DNA of 64,000 nucleotides from NCBI GenBank assembly GCA_964507915.1, contig CAZDRH010000009.1:64011-128010 (forward strand), read 5' to 3'. Origin of the DNA: an uncultured Caulobacterales bacterium (GTDB lineage: Bacteria; Pseudomonadota; Alphaproteobacteria; Caulobacterales; Parvularculaceae). The position numbers and the translations under genes were made by a program. The notes beneath the pieces are model-generated. The model had not been told where the DNA came from, ran no database searches, and saw only the letters and a list, made by a program, of their open reading frames with translations. Numbering within the stretch: position 1 is the first letter of the stretch; each line of letters begins with the position of its first letter. Of the stretch, positions 36,699 through 46,337 are shown one piece after another.

Positions 36699-37949
36699 AT
36701 GGCTCTAACAAGCAACCCGATTGCCGCGCTCGGCTACCTCGACGGGCGGCGCGCCGAGATGACCGACCGGCTTCTTGCCTGGTGTGCGATCAATTCGGGC
36801 AGCCACAATCTCGATGGCCTTGCGCATCTCAACCGCGAAATTGCCGGCGCCTTCGCCGAGCTGGGCGGCGACATCGAAGCTGTTCCTGTGCAGCAGCAGA
36901 CAGTGGTGAGTGCAGACGGCGCCGTATTGTCGCGCCCGCTCGGCGACTGCCTCAGACTCGTGAAGCGGCCGCAGGCGCCCGTGCGCGTCCTCCTCGCCGG
37001 ACACATGGACACGGTGTTTCCGCCGGATCATCCGTTCCAGTCCTGCCGCAAGATCGACGCCGATACGCTGAACGGTCCCGGCGCCGCCGACATGAAGGGC
37101 GGCATCCTCGCCATGCTTTATGCGCTGAAAGCGGTCGAAGCCTCACCGCTCGCCGAGCGCATCGGATACGAGGTCATTCTCAACGCCGATGAAGAGATCG
37201 GGTCGCCCGGATCCGCGCCGCTTCTTGCTGAGGCCGCCCGCCGCGCGCAATTCGCCTGCGTCTTTGAGCCGGCGCTCGCCGACGGGACGCTTGCCGGCGC
37301 GCGCAAGGGCAGCGGCAATTTCGCGCTCGCGGTCAAGGGACGAAGCGCCCATGCCGGGCGCGACCCGCATCTTGGCCGCAATGCTGTTGTCGCTGCTGCG
37401 CGCATCGCGACAAGGCTCGCCTCATGGACCGGGTCGCGGCCTGGGCTGACCGTCAACGTCGCAAAGATCGATGGCGGCGCGCCAAACAACGTCGTGCCGG
37501 AGAACGCCGTCCTGCGCTTTAATGCGCGCGTCGACCGGCCTGAGGACGCCGCCTGGTTTCTCACCGAGGTCGAGAAACTGATCGCAGCAATCAACGCCGA
37601 AGAAGGCTATCACGCGCATCTCCATGGCGGCTTTGCGCGGCCGCCCAAGCCCATGACGCCGCAGATGGAGGCCTTCTTCAACGCCGTCCGCAGCATCGGC
37701 GCCGAGCTTGGTCTTTCCATCCGCTGGCAGGCGACCGGCGGCGTCTGCGACGGCAACAATATCGCGGCGGAGGGCGTGCCGGTCGTCGACACGCTCGGCG
37801 TGCGCGGCGGCAATATTCACAGTGCGGACGAATTCGTGAAGCTCGACAGCCTTGAGGAGCGCGCCAAGCTTTCGGCGCTCCTGCTCCTGCGCGTCGCCGC
37901 CGGCGATATTCCCAATCCGGGCCGGAAATCGGCGGAGGCTGCGGCATGA
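36699..37949 (+). CDS. M20 family metallohydrolase (carboxypeptidase G2/DapE-like)
   Basis: Trimmed to ATG 36699. LLAGHMDTVF, GPGAADMKGG, NADEEIGS, SAHAG. Its stop overlaps the astA start (ATGA at 37946). Confidence 0.8.
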   Translation: MALTSNPIAALGYLDGRRAEMTDRLLAWCAINSGSHNLDGLAHLNREIAGAFAELGGDIEAVPVQQQTVVSADGAVLSRPLGDCLRLVKRPQAPVRVLLAGHMDTVFPPDHPFQSCRKIDADTLNGPGAADMKGGILAMLYALKAVEASPLAERIGYEVILNADEEIGSPGSAPLLAEAARRAQFACVFEPALADGTLAGARKGSGNFALAVKGRSAHAGRDPHLGRNAVVAAARIATRLASWTGSRPGLTVNVAKIDGGAPNNVVPENAVLRFNARVDRPEDAAWFLTEVEKLIAAINAEEGYHAHLHGGFARPPKPMTPQMEAFFNAVRSIGAELGLSIRWQATGGVCDGNNIAAEGVPVVDTLGVRGGNIHSADEFVKLDSLEERAKLSALLLLRVAAGDIPNPGRKSAEAAA

Positions 37950-38959
37950 GACAGCCCTTCATGCGCCCGGTGCGCGAAAGCGATTTTCCGGCGATCCACG
38001 CCCTCGCCAAACAGTCCGGCGGCGGCATGACCAATCTGCCCATGGACGAAGCAACGCTCCACGCCAAGATCGGGACGGCGGTCGCCTGTTTCGCCGGCGG
38101 CGCGACAAAACCCGGCGGCGAATTCTACATGCTCGTGCTGGACCAGGACGGCGTCGCCATGGGGACGGGTGCGGTCTTCGCCTCGATCGGGCGAGAGACC
38201 GGGTTCGTGAATTACAAGATCAATCGCGAATTCTATTTCTCAATCTCGCTGAGAAAGCGCTTTTCGCGCGACGTCCTGATCCCGACGCACGACTTCACGG
38301 ATTGCGCCGAGGTTGGATCGTTGTTCCTGTCGCCGAAGGCGCAGGGCTCAGGGCTCGGGCGCATGATCGCCCGCTCGCGCTATCTTTTCATTGCGCAGAG
38401 CCCCGAGGTCATCGCTGACCCGATCTGCGCGGAATTGCGCGGCTGGCGCGCGCCGAACGGCGATCAGCCTTTCTGGAACGCCGTCGGCGGACGATTCTTC
38501 GATATGAAATTCGAAGAGGCTGACGCCTATAACGCCGCTTTCGGCAATCAGTTCATCGAAGACCTGATGCCGCGCTACCCGATCTACGTCGATATGCTCC
38601 CCGAGGACGCTCGCGCGTGTATCGGCAAGCCGCATGACGACGCAAGGCCCGCCTACAAGATGCTGATGGAGGAGGGCTTCATCTACGACGAATATATCGA
38701 CGTGTTCGACGGCGGGCCGCTCGTCGAGGCGCGCGTCGGCGATTTGCGGACAGTGCGGGAAAGCCGCGTCGTGACGGTCGCCGCGGTCGCAGACGTTGTT
38801 CAGGGCGAAGATGCGCTAATGGCGACGGGCGCCGTCGCAAGCTTTCGCGCGACCCGCAGCAGGGCGGCGCTCGATGGCGACACAGTGACGATCGATCGCG
38901 CGACCGCCGCGGCGCTCCAGGCGGAGCCGGGGTCCGTGATGAGGTGGGCGCGATGGTAA
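37946..38959 (+). CDS. astA: arginine N-succinyltransferase
   Basis: MRPVRESDFPAIHALAKQSGGGMTNLP, EVGSLFLSP, FWNAVGGRFF, YKMLMEEGF match the AstA family. ATG 37961 is an alternative start. Confidence 0.88.
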   Translation: MRQPFMRPVRESDFPAIHALAKQSGGGMTNLPMDEATLHAKIGTAVACFAGGATKPGGEFYMLVLDQDGVAMGTGAVFASIGRETGFVNYKINREFYFSISLRKRFSRDVLIPTHDFTDCAEVGSLFLSPKAQGSGLGRMIARSRYLFIAQSPEVIADPICAELRGWRAPNGDQPFWNAVGGRFFDMKFEEADAYNAAFGNQFIEDLMPRYPIYVDMLPEDARACIGKPHDDARPAYKMLMEEGFIYDEYIDVFDGGPLVEARVGDLRTVRESRVVTVAAVADVVQGEDALMATGAVASFRATRSRAALDGDTVTIDRATAAALQAEPGSVMRWARW

Positions 38960-38961
38960 GT

Positions 38962-40428
38962 ATGTCGGAGACTGTTTTCATTAAAGGACGCTGGCGCGAG
39001 GGCGCAGGCGTCCGCTTTACGGCGACGAACCCTGCGACCGGCGCCCCGTCTTTCGAGGGCCGAGCGGCATCGCGCGACGATGTCGGCGAGGCCGTCTCCG
39101 CGGCGCAAGCCGCCTTCCCGAAATGGGCCTTGACGCCGCTCGAAGAGCGCATTGCGATCCTCGAACGCTATCGCGACATCATTCTGCGTGATGCCGAACC
39201 GTTGGCGCGGCTCATCTCCGAACAGACCGGCAAGCCCTTCTGGGAGACGAAGACTGAAAGCCAGACGGTCGCCGGCAAAGTCGACATTTCCGTTCGCGCC
39301 TATAAGGAACGCACGGGCGTGCGCGAGACCCTGACGGGCGCGACGCGCGGCATGCTCCGGCACAAGCCCCATGGCGTGATGGCCGTGCTCGGCCCTTACA
39401 ATTTTCCAGCGCATCTGCCGAACGGCCATATCGTCCCGGCGCTGATTGCCGGCAATACGGTCGTCTTCAAGCCGACGGAGCTTGCGCCCGGCCCCGGCGC
39501 CTTCATCGTCCGCGCCATGGCGGAAGCCGGCGTCCCCGCGGGCGTCGTGAACCTCGTACAAGGAGGGCGCGAGACGGGCGAAGCGCTCGTCGCCGATGAG
39601 CGGATCGACGGCGTCCTGTTCACGGGCGGCGCAGGAACGGGCATCGCCCTCCATCGCCAGTTCGCGGGCCGGCCTGAAAAAGTCCTCGCGCTTGAGCTCG
39701 GCGGCAACAACCCGCTGATCTGGTGGGATACGGACGATGTAGACGCCGCCGCCTGGACGGTCGTGCAATCGGCGTTCTGGACATCGGGCCAGCGCTGCAC
39801 CTGCGCGCGGCGGCTCATTGTGCCCGATGACGAGCGGGGCGAGCGCTACCTCAAGACGCTGGCTGACTTCACAGACCGGCTGATCGTCGGCGCGCCCTTT
39901 GACGAGCCGCAGCCCTTCATGGGGCCGGTCATCACGGCGAAAGCGGCGGCGGCGCTGGAGCGCGCTTTCGACTCCCGCGTCGACCGGGGCGGCGAGCCGA
40001 TCCAGACGCTGTCGGTGCGCGACGAGGGATCGGCCTTTGTTTCGCCCGGCATTGTCGATGTCACCATGGCTGGCGCGCTGCCGGACGAAGAGCATTTCGG
40101 CCCGATGCTGCAGGTCTACAAGGTGAAGGATTTCGACGCCGCGATCGAGCGCGCCAACGCCACCAAGTTCGGCCTTTCGGCGGGACTGCTCTCCGACGAC
40201 GCGCGGCAGTGGGACACGTTTCTCGCGCTGTCGCGCGCGGGCGTCGTCAACTGGAACCGCCAGACGACGGGCGCCTCATCGGCAGCGCCCTTCGGCGGCG
40301 TCGGCCAGTCGGGCAATCACCGGCCGTCGGCCTATTATGCAGCGGATTATTGCGCCTATCCTGTCGCGTCGATGGAGGGTGAAACGGTCCTTGCCATGCC
40401 GGCAGGTCAGATTGGGGTGCGGGGGTGA
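38962..40428 (+). CDS. astD: N-succinylglutamate 5-semialdehyde dehydrogenase
   Basis: Trimmed to ATG 38962, 2 nt after the astA stop. Aldehyde dehydrogenase motifs FKPTELAP, ELGGNNP, GQRCTCARR; 488 aa. Confidence 0.88.
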   Translation: MSETVFIKGRWREGAGVRFTATNPATGAPSFEGRAASRDDVGEAVSAAQAAFPKWALTPLEERIAILERYRDIILRDAEPLARLISEQTGKPFWETKTESQTVAGKVDISVRAYKERTGVRETLTGATRGMLRHKPHGVMAVLGPYNFPAHLPNGHIVPALIAGNTVVFKPTELAPGPGAFIVRAMAEAGVPAGVVNLVQGGRETGEALVADERIDGVLFTGGAGTGIALHRQFAGRPEKVLALELGGNNPLIWWDTDDVDAAAWTVVQSAFWTSGQRCTCARRLIVPDDERGERYLKTLADFTDRLIVGAPFDEPQPFMGPVITAKAAAALERAFDSRVDRGGEPIQTLSVRDEGSAFVSPGIVDVTMAGALPDEEHFGPMLQVYKVKDFDAAIERANATKFGLSAGLLSDDARQWDTFLALSRAGVVNWNRQTTGASSAAPFGGVGQSGNHRPSAYYAADYCAYPVASMEGETVLAMPAGQIGVRG

Positions 40429-40482
40429 CGGCTTTTCAGTTGGTACAAGCTTCGGCACATTAGGGGGCAGGTCAAAAGCGTC

Positions 40483-40794
40483 ATGCATCCAGTCCTTCTC
40501 TCCAAGCGCAACGACATCGACCGCGTGTGTCGCGAGCACGGCGTCGCGCGTCTTGAAGTATTTGGGTCTGCCGCGCGCGGCGGCGACTTCGACGAGTTGC
40601 GCAGTGATGTTGATTTTCTCGTCGAGTTCAAACAGGTGTCGGCGGTCGATCCGCTTGGCCAGTTCTTCGGATTGGAACAGGCCCTTGCCGAAGCTGTCGG
40701 TCGAAAGATTGATCTCATCGAAGCGGGGGAAATTCGAAATCGTTATGTGAAGCAGGCCATCGATCGGGACCGGCGCACCGTTTATGCAGCGTGA
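40483..40794 (+). CDS. mntA: nucleotidyltransferase-domain antitoxin (MntA-like)
   Basis: LEVFGSAARGGDFDELRSDVDFLVEF (GSxxRG..D.D pol-beta NTase motif); 103 aa. Overlaps the next ORF by 11 nt. GC is lower than in the flanks. Confidence 0.85.
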   Translation: MHPVLLSKRNDIDRVCREHGVARLEVFGSAARGGDFDELRSDVDFLVEFKQVSAVDPLGQFFGLEQALAEAVGRKIDLIEAGEIRNRYVKQAIDRDRRTVYAA

Positions 40795-41137
40795 TGTCCT
40801 TGCCTATCTTGCGGATATTCAAGATCGCTGCCTCAGCATCGAGGAGATGATGCGCGGTGTTCAGCTAGAAGATTATCTTTCGACGCCGATGTTGCGGTTG
40901 GCGGTCGAACGTCAATTCACTGTCATTGGTGAGGCGCTGAACCAATTGTCTAAAATCGACATGGCCATTTTTGCGCGACTTCCCGGTGCGGGCGCGGCCG
41001 TCGGCTTTCGCAACGTACTGATCCATCAATATGCGAAGCTGTCTGATGAGCGCGTCTTCCTTGCCTCGGGCGCGCCTCTTGTCTCGTTGCGTGAAGCGGC
41101 GGCCGCAGAAATTGCAATCCTTGAGCGGGGTGCATGA
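40784..41137 (+). CDS. hepT: HepT-like (DUF86, HEPN) ribonuclease toxin
   Basis: RNVLIHQY (Rx4HxY HEPN motif); 117 aa. Its stop overlaps the astB ATG (ATGA at 41134). Confidence 0.85.
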   Translation: MQRDVLAYLADIQDRCLSIEEMMRGVQLEDYLSTPMLRLAVERQFTVIGEALNQLSKIDMAIFARLPGAGAAVGFRNVLIHQYAKLSDERVFLASGAPLVSLREAAAAEIAILERGA

Positions 41138-42441
41138 CCTACCGCGAAGTCAATTTCGACGGGCTGATCGGCCCGACGCATAACTACGCCGGGCTTGCGC
41201 TCGGTAATGTCGCCTCTGCAAAAAACGCAGGCGCGGTTTCGAATCCGCGCGCCGCGGTCCTGCAGGGGCTCGGCAAAATGCGTGCGCTCATGGACCTTGG
41301 CTGCGTACAGGGCTTCCTGCCGCCCTTGCAGCGGCCGGATCTCAGCGTCCTGCGCGCGCTCGGCTTTCAGGGCTCGACGAAAGACGTGATCGGCGCCGCC
41401 GCCAAAGTCTCTCCCGACCTTCTCGCCAATGTCTATTCGGCTTCGTCGATGTGGACTGCGAACGCCGCGACCGTCGCGCCGTCACCGGACACGCCGGATC
41501 GCAAGACGCATTTCCTCGCCGCCAATCTCGCGACGAACTTCCATCGCTCCATTGAGGCCGAAGGCACGGCCCGCGCGCTTTCCTATATCTTTCAGGATAC
41601 GGCGCATTTTGCGCATCACCCGATCCTCCCGGGCGGCGCGCATTTCGGCGATGAGGGCGCAGCCAATCACGGCCGTTTTGCGGAAGATCATGGCAAACCG
41701 GGCGTGCATCTCTTCGTCTATGGGGAGGACGGCGAGCGCTTCCCGGCGCGCCAGCGGCGCCGTGCGAGCGAAGCCGTCGCGCGTCAGTTCGGCCTGCCGC
41801 CGGAGCGCGCCATCTTCGTGCAGCAGTCGCGCGCCGCGCTCGACGCCGGCGCCTTCCACAATGACGTCGTCGGCGTCGTCAACGGCCGGGTCCTCTTCCT
41901 GCACGAACAAAGCTTCGAAGATCGCGACGCGGCTTTCGCAGCGATCCGCAAGGCTGCGCCCTATGTCGAGATCGTCGAGGCGCACGCGGCCGACGTTTCG
42001 CTCGACGATGCGGTGTCCTCCTATCTCTTCAATTCACAGCTCGTGTCGCTGATGGGCGGCGAGATGGCGCTGATCCTTCCCCGCGAAGCGGAAGAAAATC
42101 CGCGCGTGAAGGCCTTCGTCGACAAGACCCTTGCGGCCAATAATCCGATTAACCGGGCGCTCTATCTCGACGTGCGTGAAAGCATGCGCAATGGCGGCGG
42201 CCCGGCATGCTTGCGTCTGCGCGTGGTTCTCTCCGAGGCTGAGCGCCGCGCCATGAATCCGAATTTCATCTTGAATGCGGAGAAGATCGCAGCGCTCGAG
42301 GCCTGGGCCAAGGCTCACTATCGCGACCGGTTGGCGCTCAACGATCTCAACGATCCACAATTCGCCGAAGAAGCGCTCGCCGCGCTCGATGCGCTGACGA
42401 CGCTCCTTGGCACGGGCGCGTTCTATCCGTTCCAAAAATAG
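41134..42441 (+). CDS. astB: N-succinylarginine dihydrolase
   Basis: MTYREVNFDGLIGPTHNYAGLALGNVAS, MWTANAATV, GGGPACLRLRVV (catalytic Cys region); 435 aa. Confidence 0.92.
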   Translation: MTYREVNFDGLIGPTHNYAGLALGNVASAKNAGAVSNPRAAVLQGLGKMRALMDLGCVQGFLPPLQRPDLSVLRALGFQGSTKDVIGAAAKVSPDLLANVYSASSMWTANAATVAPSPDTPDRKTHFLAANLATNFHRSIEAEGTARALSYIFQDTAHFAHHPILPGGAHFGDEGAANHGRFAEDHGKPGVHLFVYGEDGERFPARQRRRASEAVARQFGLPPERAIFVQQSRAALDAGAFHNDVVGVVNGRVLFLHEQSFEDRDAAFAAIRKAAPYVEIVEAHAADVSLDDAVSSYLFNSQLVSLMGGEMALILPREAEENPRVKAFVDKTLAANNPINRALYLDVRESMRNGGGPACLRLRVVLSEAERRAMNPNFILNAEKIAALEAWAKAHYRDRLALNDLNDPQFAEEALAALDALTTLLGTGAFYPFQK

Positions 42442-42447
42442 GCGGCG

Positions 42448-43317
42448 TTACGCGCCGTCGCGCCGGGCAAGAAAAGCGAGGCGCTCGAACAGATGCACAT
42501 CCTGTTCGTTCTTGAGCAGCGCGCCATGCAGAGGCGGAATCGCCTTTCGCGGATCGCGCTCGCGCAAAACCTCTTCAGGCAGATCTTCCGAGAGCAGAAG
42601 CTTCAGCCAGTCGAGAAGCTCCGAGGTTGACGGCTTTTTCTTGAGTCCGGGCACTTCGCGGATCTCGTAGAAAGTCTTGAGCGCGTCCGCGACGAGGCGC
42701 TGTTTGACGCCCGGGAAATGCACTTCGACGATGTCGCTCATCGTCCTCGCGTCCGGAAACTTGATGTAGTGGAAGAAGCAGCGCCGCAGAAACGCGTCTG
42801 GCAGTTCCTTTTCATTGTTGGAGGTGATGATGACGACGGGCCTGCGCGCGGCCTTGATCGTCTCGTTCGTCTCGTAGACGTAGAACTCCATGCGATCGAG
42901 TTCCTGCAGCAGGTCGTTCGGAAACTCGATGTCGGCTTTGTCGATTTCGTCGATGAGAAGGACAGGCCGCTCCGGCGCTGCAAACGCCTCCCAGAGCTTG
43001 CCGCGCTTGATGTAGTTGCGCACGTCACGGGCGCGCTCTTCGCCGAGTTGTCCGTCGCGGAGGCGCGCAACGGCGTCATATTCGTAGAGCCCCTGATGGG
43101 CCTTGGTCGTCGACTTGATGTGCCATTCGATCAGCGGTGCGCCGAGCGCCTTGGCGACCTCGAGGGCAAGGATGGTCTTGCCAGTTCCGGGCTCGCCCTT
43201 GACCAGCAAAGGCCGCTCAAGCGTCACGGCGGCGTTGACGGCGACTTTGAGGTCGTCGGTGGCGACGTAATTTCTAGTGCCGGCGAATTTCACAAAGAGG
43301 CCCGTTTCCTGCTGCAC
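42448..43317 (-). CDS. AAA+ ATPase, MoxR-like (AAA_5)
   Basis: Walker A GEPGTGKT, Walker B LLIDEIDK, SNNEKELPDAFLRRC (sensor/arginine region); 289 aa. Confidence 0.85.
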   Translation of the reverse strand: MQQETGLFVKFAGTRNYVATDDLKVAVNAAVTLERPLLVKGEPGTGKTILALEVAKALGAPLIEWHIKSTTKAHQGLYEYDAVARLRDGQLGEERARDVRNYIKRGKLWEAFAAPERPVLLIDEIDKADIEFPNDLLQELDRMEFYVYETNETIKAARRPVVIITSNNEKELPDAFLRRCFFHYIKFPDARTMSDIVEVHFPGVKQRLVADALKTFYEIREVPGLKKKPSTSELLDWLKLLLSEDLPEEVLRERDPRKAIPPLHGALLKNEQDVHLFERLAFLARRDGA

Positions 43318-43392
43318 TCGCTTCTTAGGATGTCCGCACGGCGCGGTTCAATCTGCTTATGCAGCAAGCCGCTGAATCCGGGACCGGGCAAC

Positions 43393-45054
43393 CTATTTTA
43401 GCTGCGCGACATAGCCCGCATAGGGCGCGAGCCGGTCCGGCACGCCGCCGGTCGAAGAAACATCCGCCGTATCGGACGTTTGTGCGAGCACGGAATAGCG
43501 CGCCGCATCCGCCGGCTTCCAGTCGGTGGTATCGGGGCCGAGGTTGAAAACGCAGAGCAGCGTCTCGCCGCCGTGGCGGCGATGAAAGGCGGCAATAGTT
43601 CCTGCAGCGTCCAGAAATTCGATGGAGCCGAGGCGCAGGGAAGAGTGCGCGGCGCGCAGCGCGATCATCCGGCGCGTGAAGGCGAGGGTCGACGCTCTGT
43701 CTTTTTCCTGCGCGGCGACCGCCAGCGGCGCATGGCGCGGATCGACCGGCAGCCAGGGGCGGCCGGTAGAAAATCCCGCATGCGGACGATCGGGCTCCCA
43801 CGGCATCGGCGTTCGCGCGCCGTCGCGTCCGAGCGTCAACGGCCAGTTGGCGATGGCCTCAGGGTCCTTGAGGTCTTCAAACGAAACCTTCGCCTGCGGC
43901 AGGCCGAGCTCTTCGCCCTGATAGAGGAATACATTGCCGCGCAAGGAGAGCAGCAGCATAAGATAGACCCGCGCGGCGGCGGCGCGGTCTTTTTCGTCAG
44001 CCCACCGTGAAACGGCCCGAGGCGCGTCGTGATTGGAGAACGCCCAGGACGGCCAGCCTTCGCCTTCGCCGCCAGGCCAGCCCGCCATCACGCGCTTCGG
44101 GAGCGACGGCGAAAGCTTCGGTGCGTAGAGAAAATCGAACCCATAGGCTGTATTGAGACGCGTCTGGCCGGCAGTGAACGACTTCATCTCCGCCATAGGC
44201 TCGGCGCCGCCGACTTCCGCGACCGTGAAACGCGCATCATAACCGTCAAGAACGGTTCGCAGGCGTTCGAGGAAGAGAACGATGCCCGGCTGCGACATCG
44301 AATGAATCTGCCGCTGCATGTCGAACGGCCGCGTGATGCGCCGCCCGTCGCGCGGGGCGGGGGGATTGTCGCGCAGCAGCGGGTCGTGCATGCCGAAATT
44401 GATGGCGTCGAGACGGAAGCCGTCGACGCCGCGGTCGAGCCAGAAACGCGCGACATCGAGCAATGCGTCCTGCATATCGGGATTGTGCAGATTGAGGTCC
44501 GGCTGGCTCGACAGGAAATTGTGGAAATAATACTGGCCGCGCCGTGAATCCCAGGTCCAGGCCGGTCCGCCGAAGACAGATTGCCAGTTGTTTGGCGGCG
44601 AACCGTCCGCCTTCGGATCGGCCCAGACATACCAGTCGGCGCGGGCGTTCTCGCGAGAGGCGCGGGATTCTGCGAACCAGGCGTGGCGATCCGACGTGTG
44701 CGAATAGACCTGGTCGATGATGACCTTGAGGCCGATGCGTTTGGCCTTGGAGGCGAGACGGTCAAAATCCGCGAGCGTGCCGAAAATCGGGTCGACGTCG
44801 CGATAGTCCGAAACATCATAGCCGAAATCGCGCATCGGCGACCGAAAGAACGGCGACAGCCAGACGCCATCGACGCCGAGGCTTTTCACATGGTCAAGCC
44901 CGTCGATGATACCGGAAAGGTCGCCGACCCCGTCGCCATTCGAGTCTTTGAAGCTCCATGGATAGATCTGATAAATTACTGCGCCGCGCCACCAATCGGC
45001 GGCGGCTGTCGAGGGCGCACCGTGCATGGGAGCAGCGCTCATCGAAGCGGTCAT
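43393..45054 (-). CDS. GH13 alpha-glucosidase (oligo-1,6-glucosidase/trehalose-6-P hydrolase-like)
   Basis: WWRGAVIYQIYPWSFKDSNGDGVGDL, GVDGVWLSPFF, DQVYSHTS, GVDGFRLDAINF, FSNHD; 553 aa. Confidence 0.9.
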   Translation of the reverse strand: MTASMSAAPMHGAPSTAAADWWRGAVIYQIYPWSFKDSNGDGVGDLSGIIDGLDHVKSLGVDGVWLSPFFRSPMRDFGYDVSDYRDVDPIFGTLADFDRLASKAKRIGLKVIIDQVYSHTSDRHAWFAESRASRENARADWYVWADPKADGSPPNNWQSVFGGPAWTWDSRRGQYYFHNFLSSQPDLNLHNPDMQDALLDVARFWLDRGVDGFRLDAINFGMHDPLLRDNPPAPRDGRRITRPFDMQRQIHSMSQPGIVLFLERLRTVLDGYDARFTVAEVGGAEPMAEMKSFTAGQTRLNTAYGFDFLYAPKLSPSLPKRVMAGWPGGEGEGWPSWAFSNHDAPRAVSRWADEKDRAAAARVYLMLLLSLRGNVFLYQGEELGLPQAKVSFEDLKDPEAIANWPLTLGRDGARTPMPWEPDRPHAGFSTGRPWLPVDPRHAPLAVAAQEKDRASTLAFTRRMIALRAAHSSLRLGSIEFLDAAGTIAAFHRRHGGETLLCVFNLGPDTTDWKPADAARYSVLAQTSDTADVSSTGGVPDRLAPYAGYVAQLK

Positions 45055-45475
45055 TTCCTGTCTTCTCTCTCACGTGATCGACAGCCCGACGTTAAACGAA
45101 TGCGGCGCCAAGTCGACCGTGACCAAGCAGCAGGAGCTGCGGATCTGTTGGCGCAGGCTGCGGCGACGGCTGCCGTTCTTCCGAGCGTAAACCGGCCGCA
45201 CCACGATGCGCGCCGGCGTTCCGACGTTGAAGGCTGGGAGAAATTCGGCGCCCTTCGCGTTTATCTGCGAAACCGAAACGACCTCTCGTGCTGAACTGGC
45301 GAAGGCGAGGCGACGGCTCCGGCGCGCCAGTTTCGCTAGAGAATGCTCGATGTGCTGCACACGGTGCGTTTCACAAACGGGCAAGGTTTCCGTCGGAAAG
45401 ATGGTTGTCTGTGTGAAGACATCCAAACGGCCGGACGCGAAATCTGCGTCCGGCGCTAATCCACAACAACGGGCG

Positions 45476-46177
45476 CTACTGCGCCGGCGCGGGCTCGGTT
45501 GCGGCGGCAGGAATGGCCTCGGTCGCCGCGCCCTTGCAGCCTTCGTCGGGCGTGCGCACGACAAGGGCGTCTTCGGTGAGGCATATCCAGGCCGAAGCGG
45601 CGTTGACGAGATCGACGCCCGCGCCGGAGCGGAACGGCAAGCGGTTGCGTTCCGACTGCGAGGTCTTCAGCACAAATTCGCCGATCGTCGGAATGAGACC
45701 TTCGGCGCCTTTGAAGACCGCCTTATAATGCGCGTCTTTGATGTCATATTGCGTGAGGCACGGGTCCGCCGCGTCCCAGTATTTCCGTGATGGCTGGTCG
45801 CCATCCTTAAGGCAAAGCTCTACAGCAGATTCAAACGCTTGATTGTAGCGACCCTCGAGCCGCGTCAGGCGCGCCTGCGCTTCGCCGCCGCCGAGCGCCG
45901 CCGCCCACCCCTTCAGCGTCACGACTTCCGCCTCGAGGAGGAAATAGTCGCCCGCCACTTCATAGGAGCCGGTCGTCCCGTTCGCGTATTCCGCGACGAG
46001 GAAATAACGCTGGTGCCGCGGCGCATCGCCGTTTTGCGCCTGCGTGATGTTGATCTTCGCAATCGGCGCTTCAGAGTCGAGCGCCGTGAACGTCTGCATG
46101 AACGGCTTGAAGCCGAAATAATAAGCGCCCACCGCCGCGAGCAACGCCACCAGCAAAAGCGTCATTAGAAAGCGCAT
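45476..46177 (-). CDS. membrane-anchored hypothetical protein (233 aa)
   Basis: Trimmed to ATG 46177 after AAGGGG. Single N-terminal TM MRFLMTLLLVALLAAVGAYYF. No family recognised. Confidence 0.55.
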   Translation of the reverse strand: MRFLMTLLLVALLAAVGAYYFGFKPFMQTFTALDSEAPIAKINITQAQNGDAPRHQRYFLVAEYANGTTGSYEVAGDYFLLEAEVVTLKGWAAALGGGEAQARLTRLEGRYNQAFESAVELCLKDGDQPSRKYWDAADPCLTQYDIKDAHYKAVFKGAEGLIPTIGEFVLKTSQSERNRLPFRSGAGVDLVNAASAWICLTEDALVVRTPDEGCKGAATEAIPAAATEPAPAQ

Positions 46178-46337
46178 AGCCCACCCCTTTTTTCGTCCTG
46201 CCTGCGGCGGCGACGACCAGCCGCGAGGCTTCGCCTGAGGCATAGCTTAGCAAGTTTTCGCCGCCGATCACGCAAAGATGAATTTTTATTGACAAGTTTC
46301 GCTCGGCGGCCACAGGCCAGCGAGGAAAGGACGCCGC

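Noticed and set aside
42448-43317. MoxR-like AAA+ ATPase as the CobS partner of CobT.
   Set aside because: At 289 aa, its AAA_5/MoxR-type sequence does not resemble CobS as I recall it. It is also 9 kb away, on the far side of unrelated operons.
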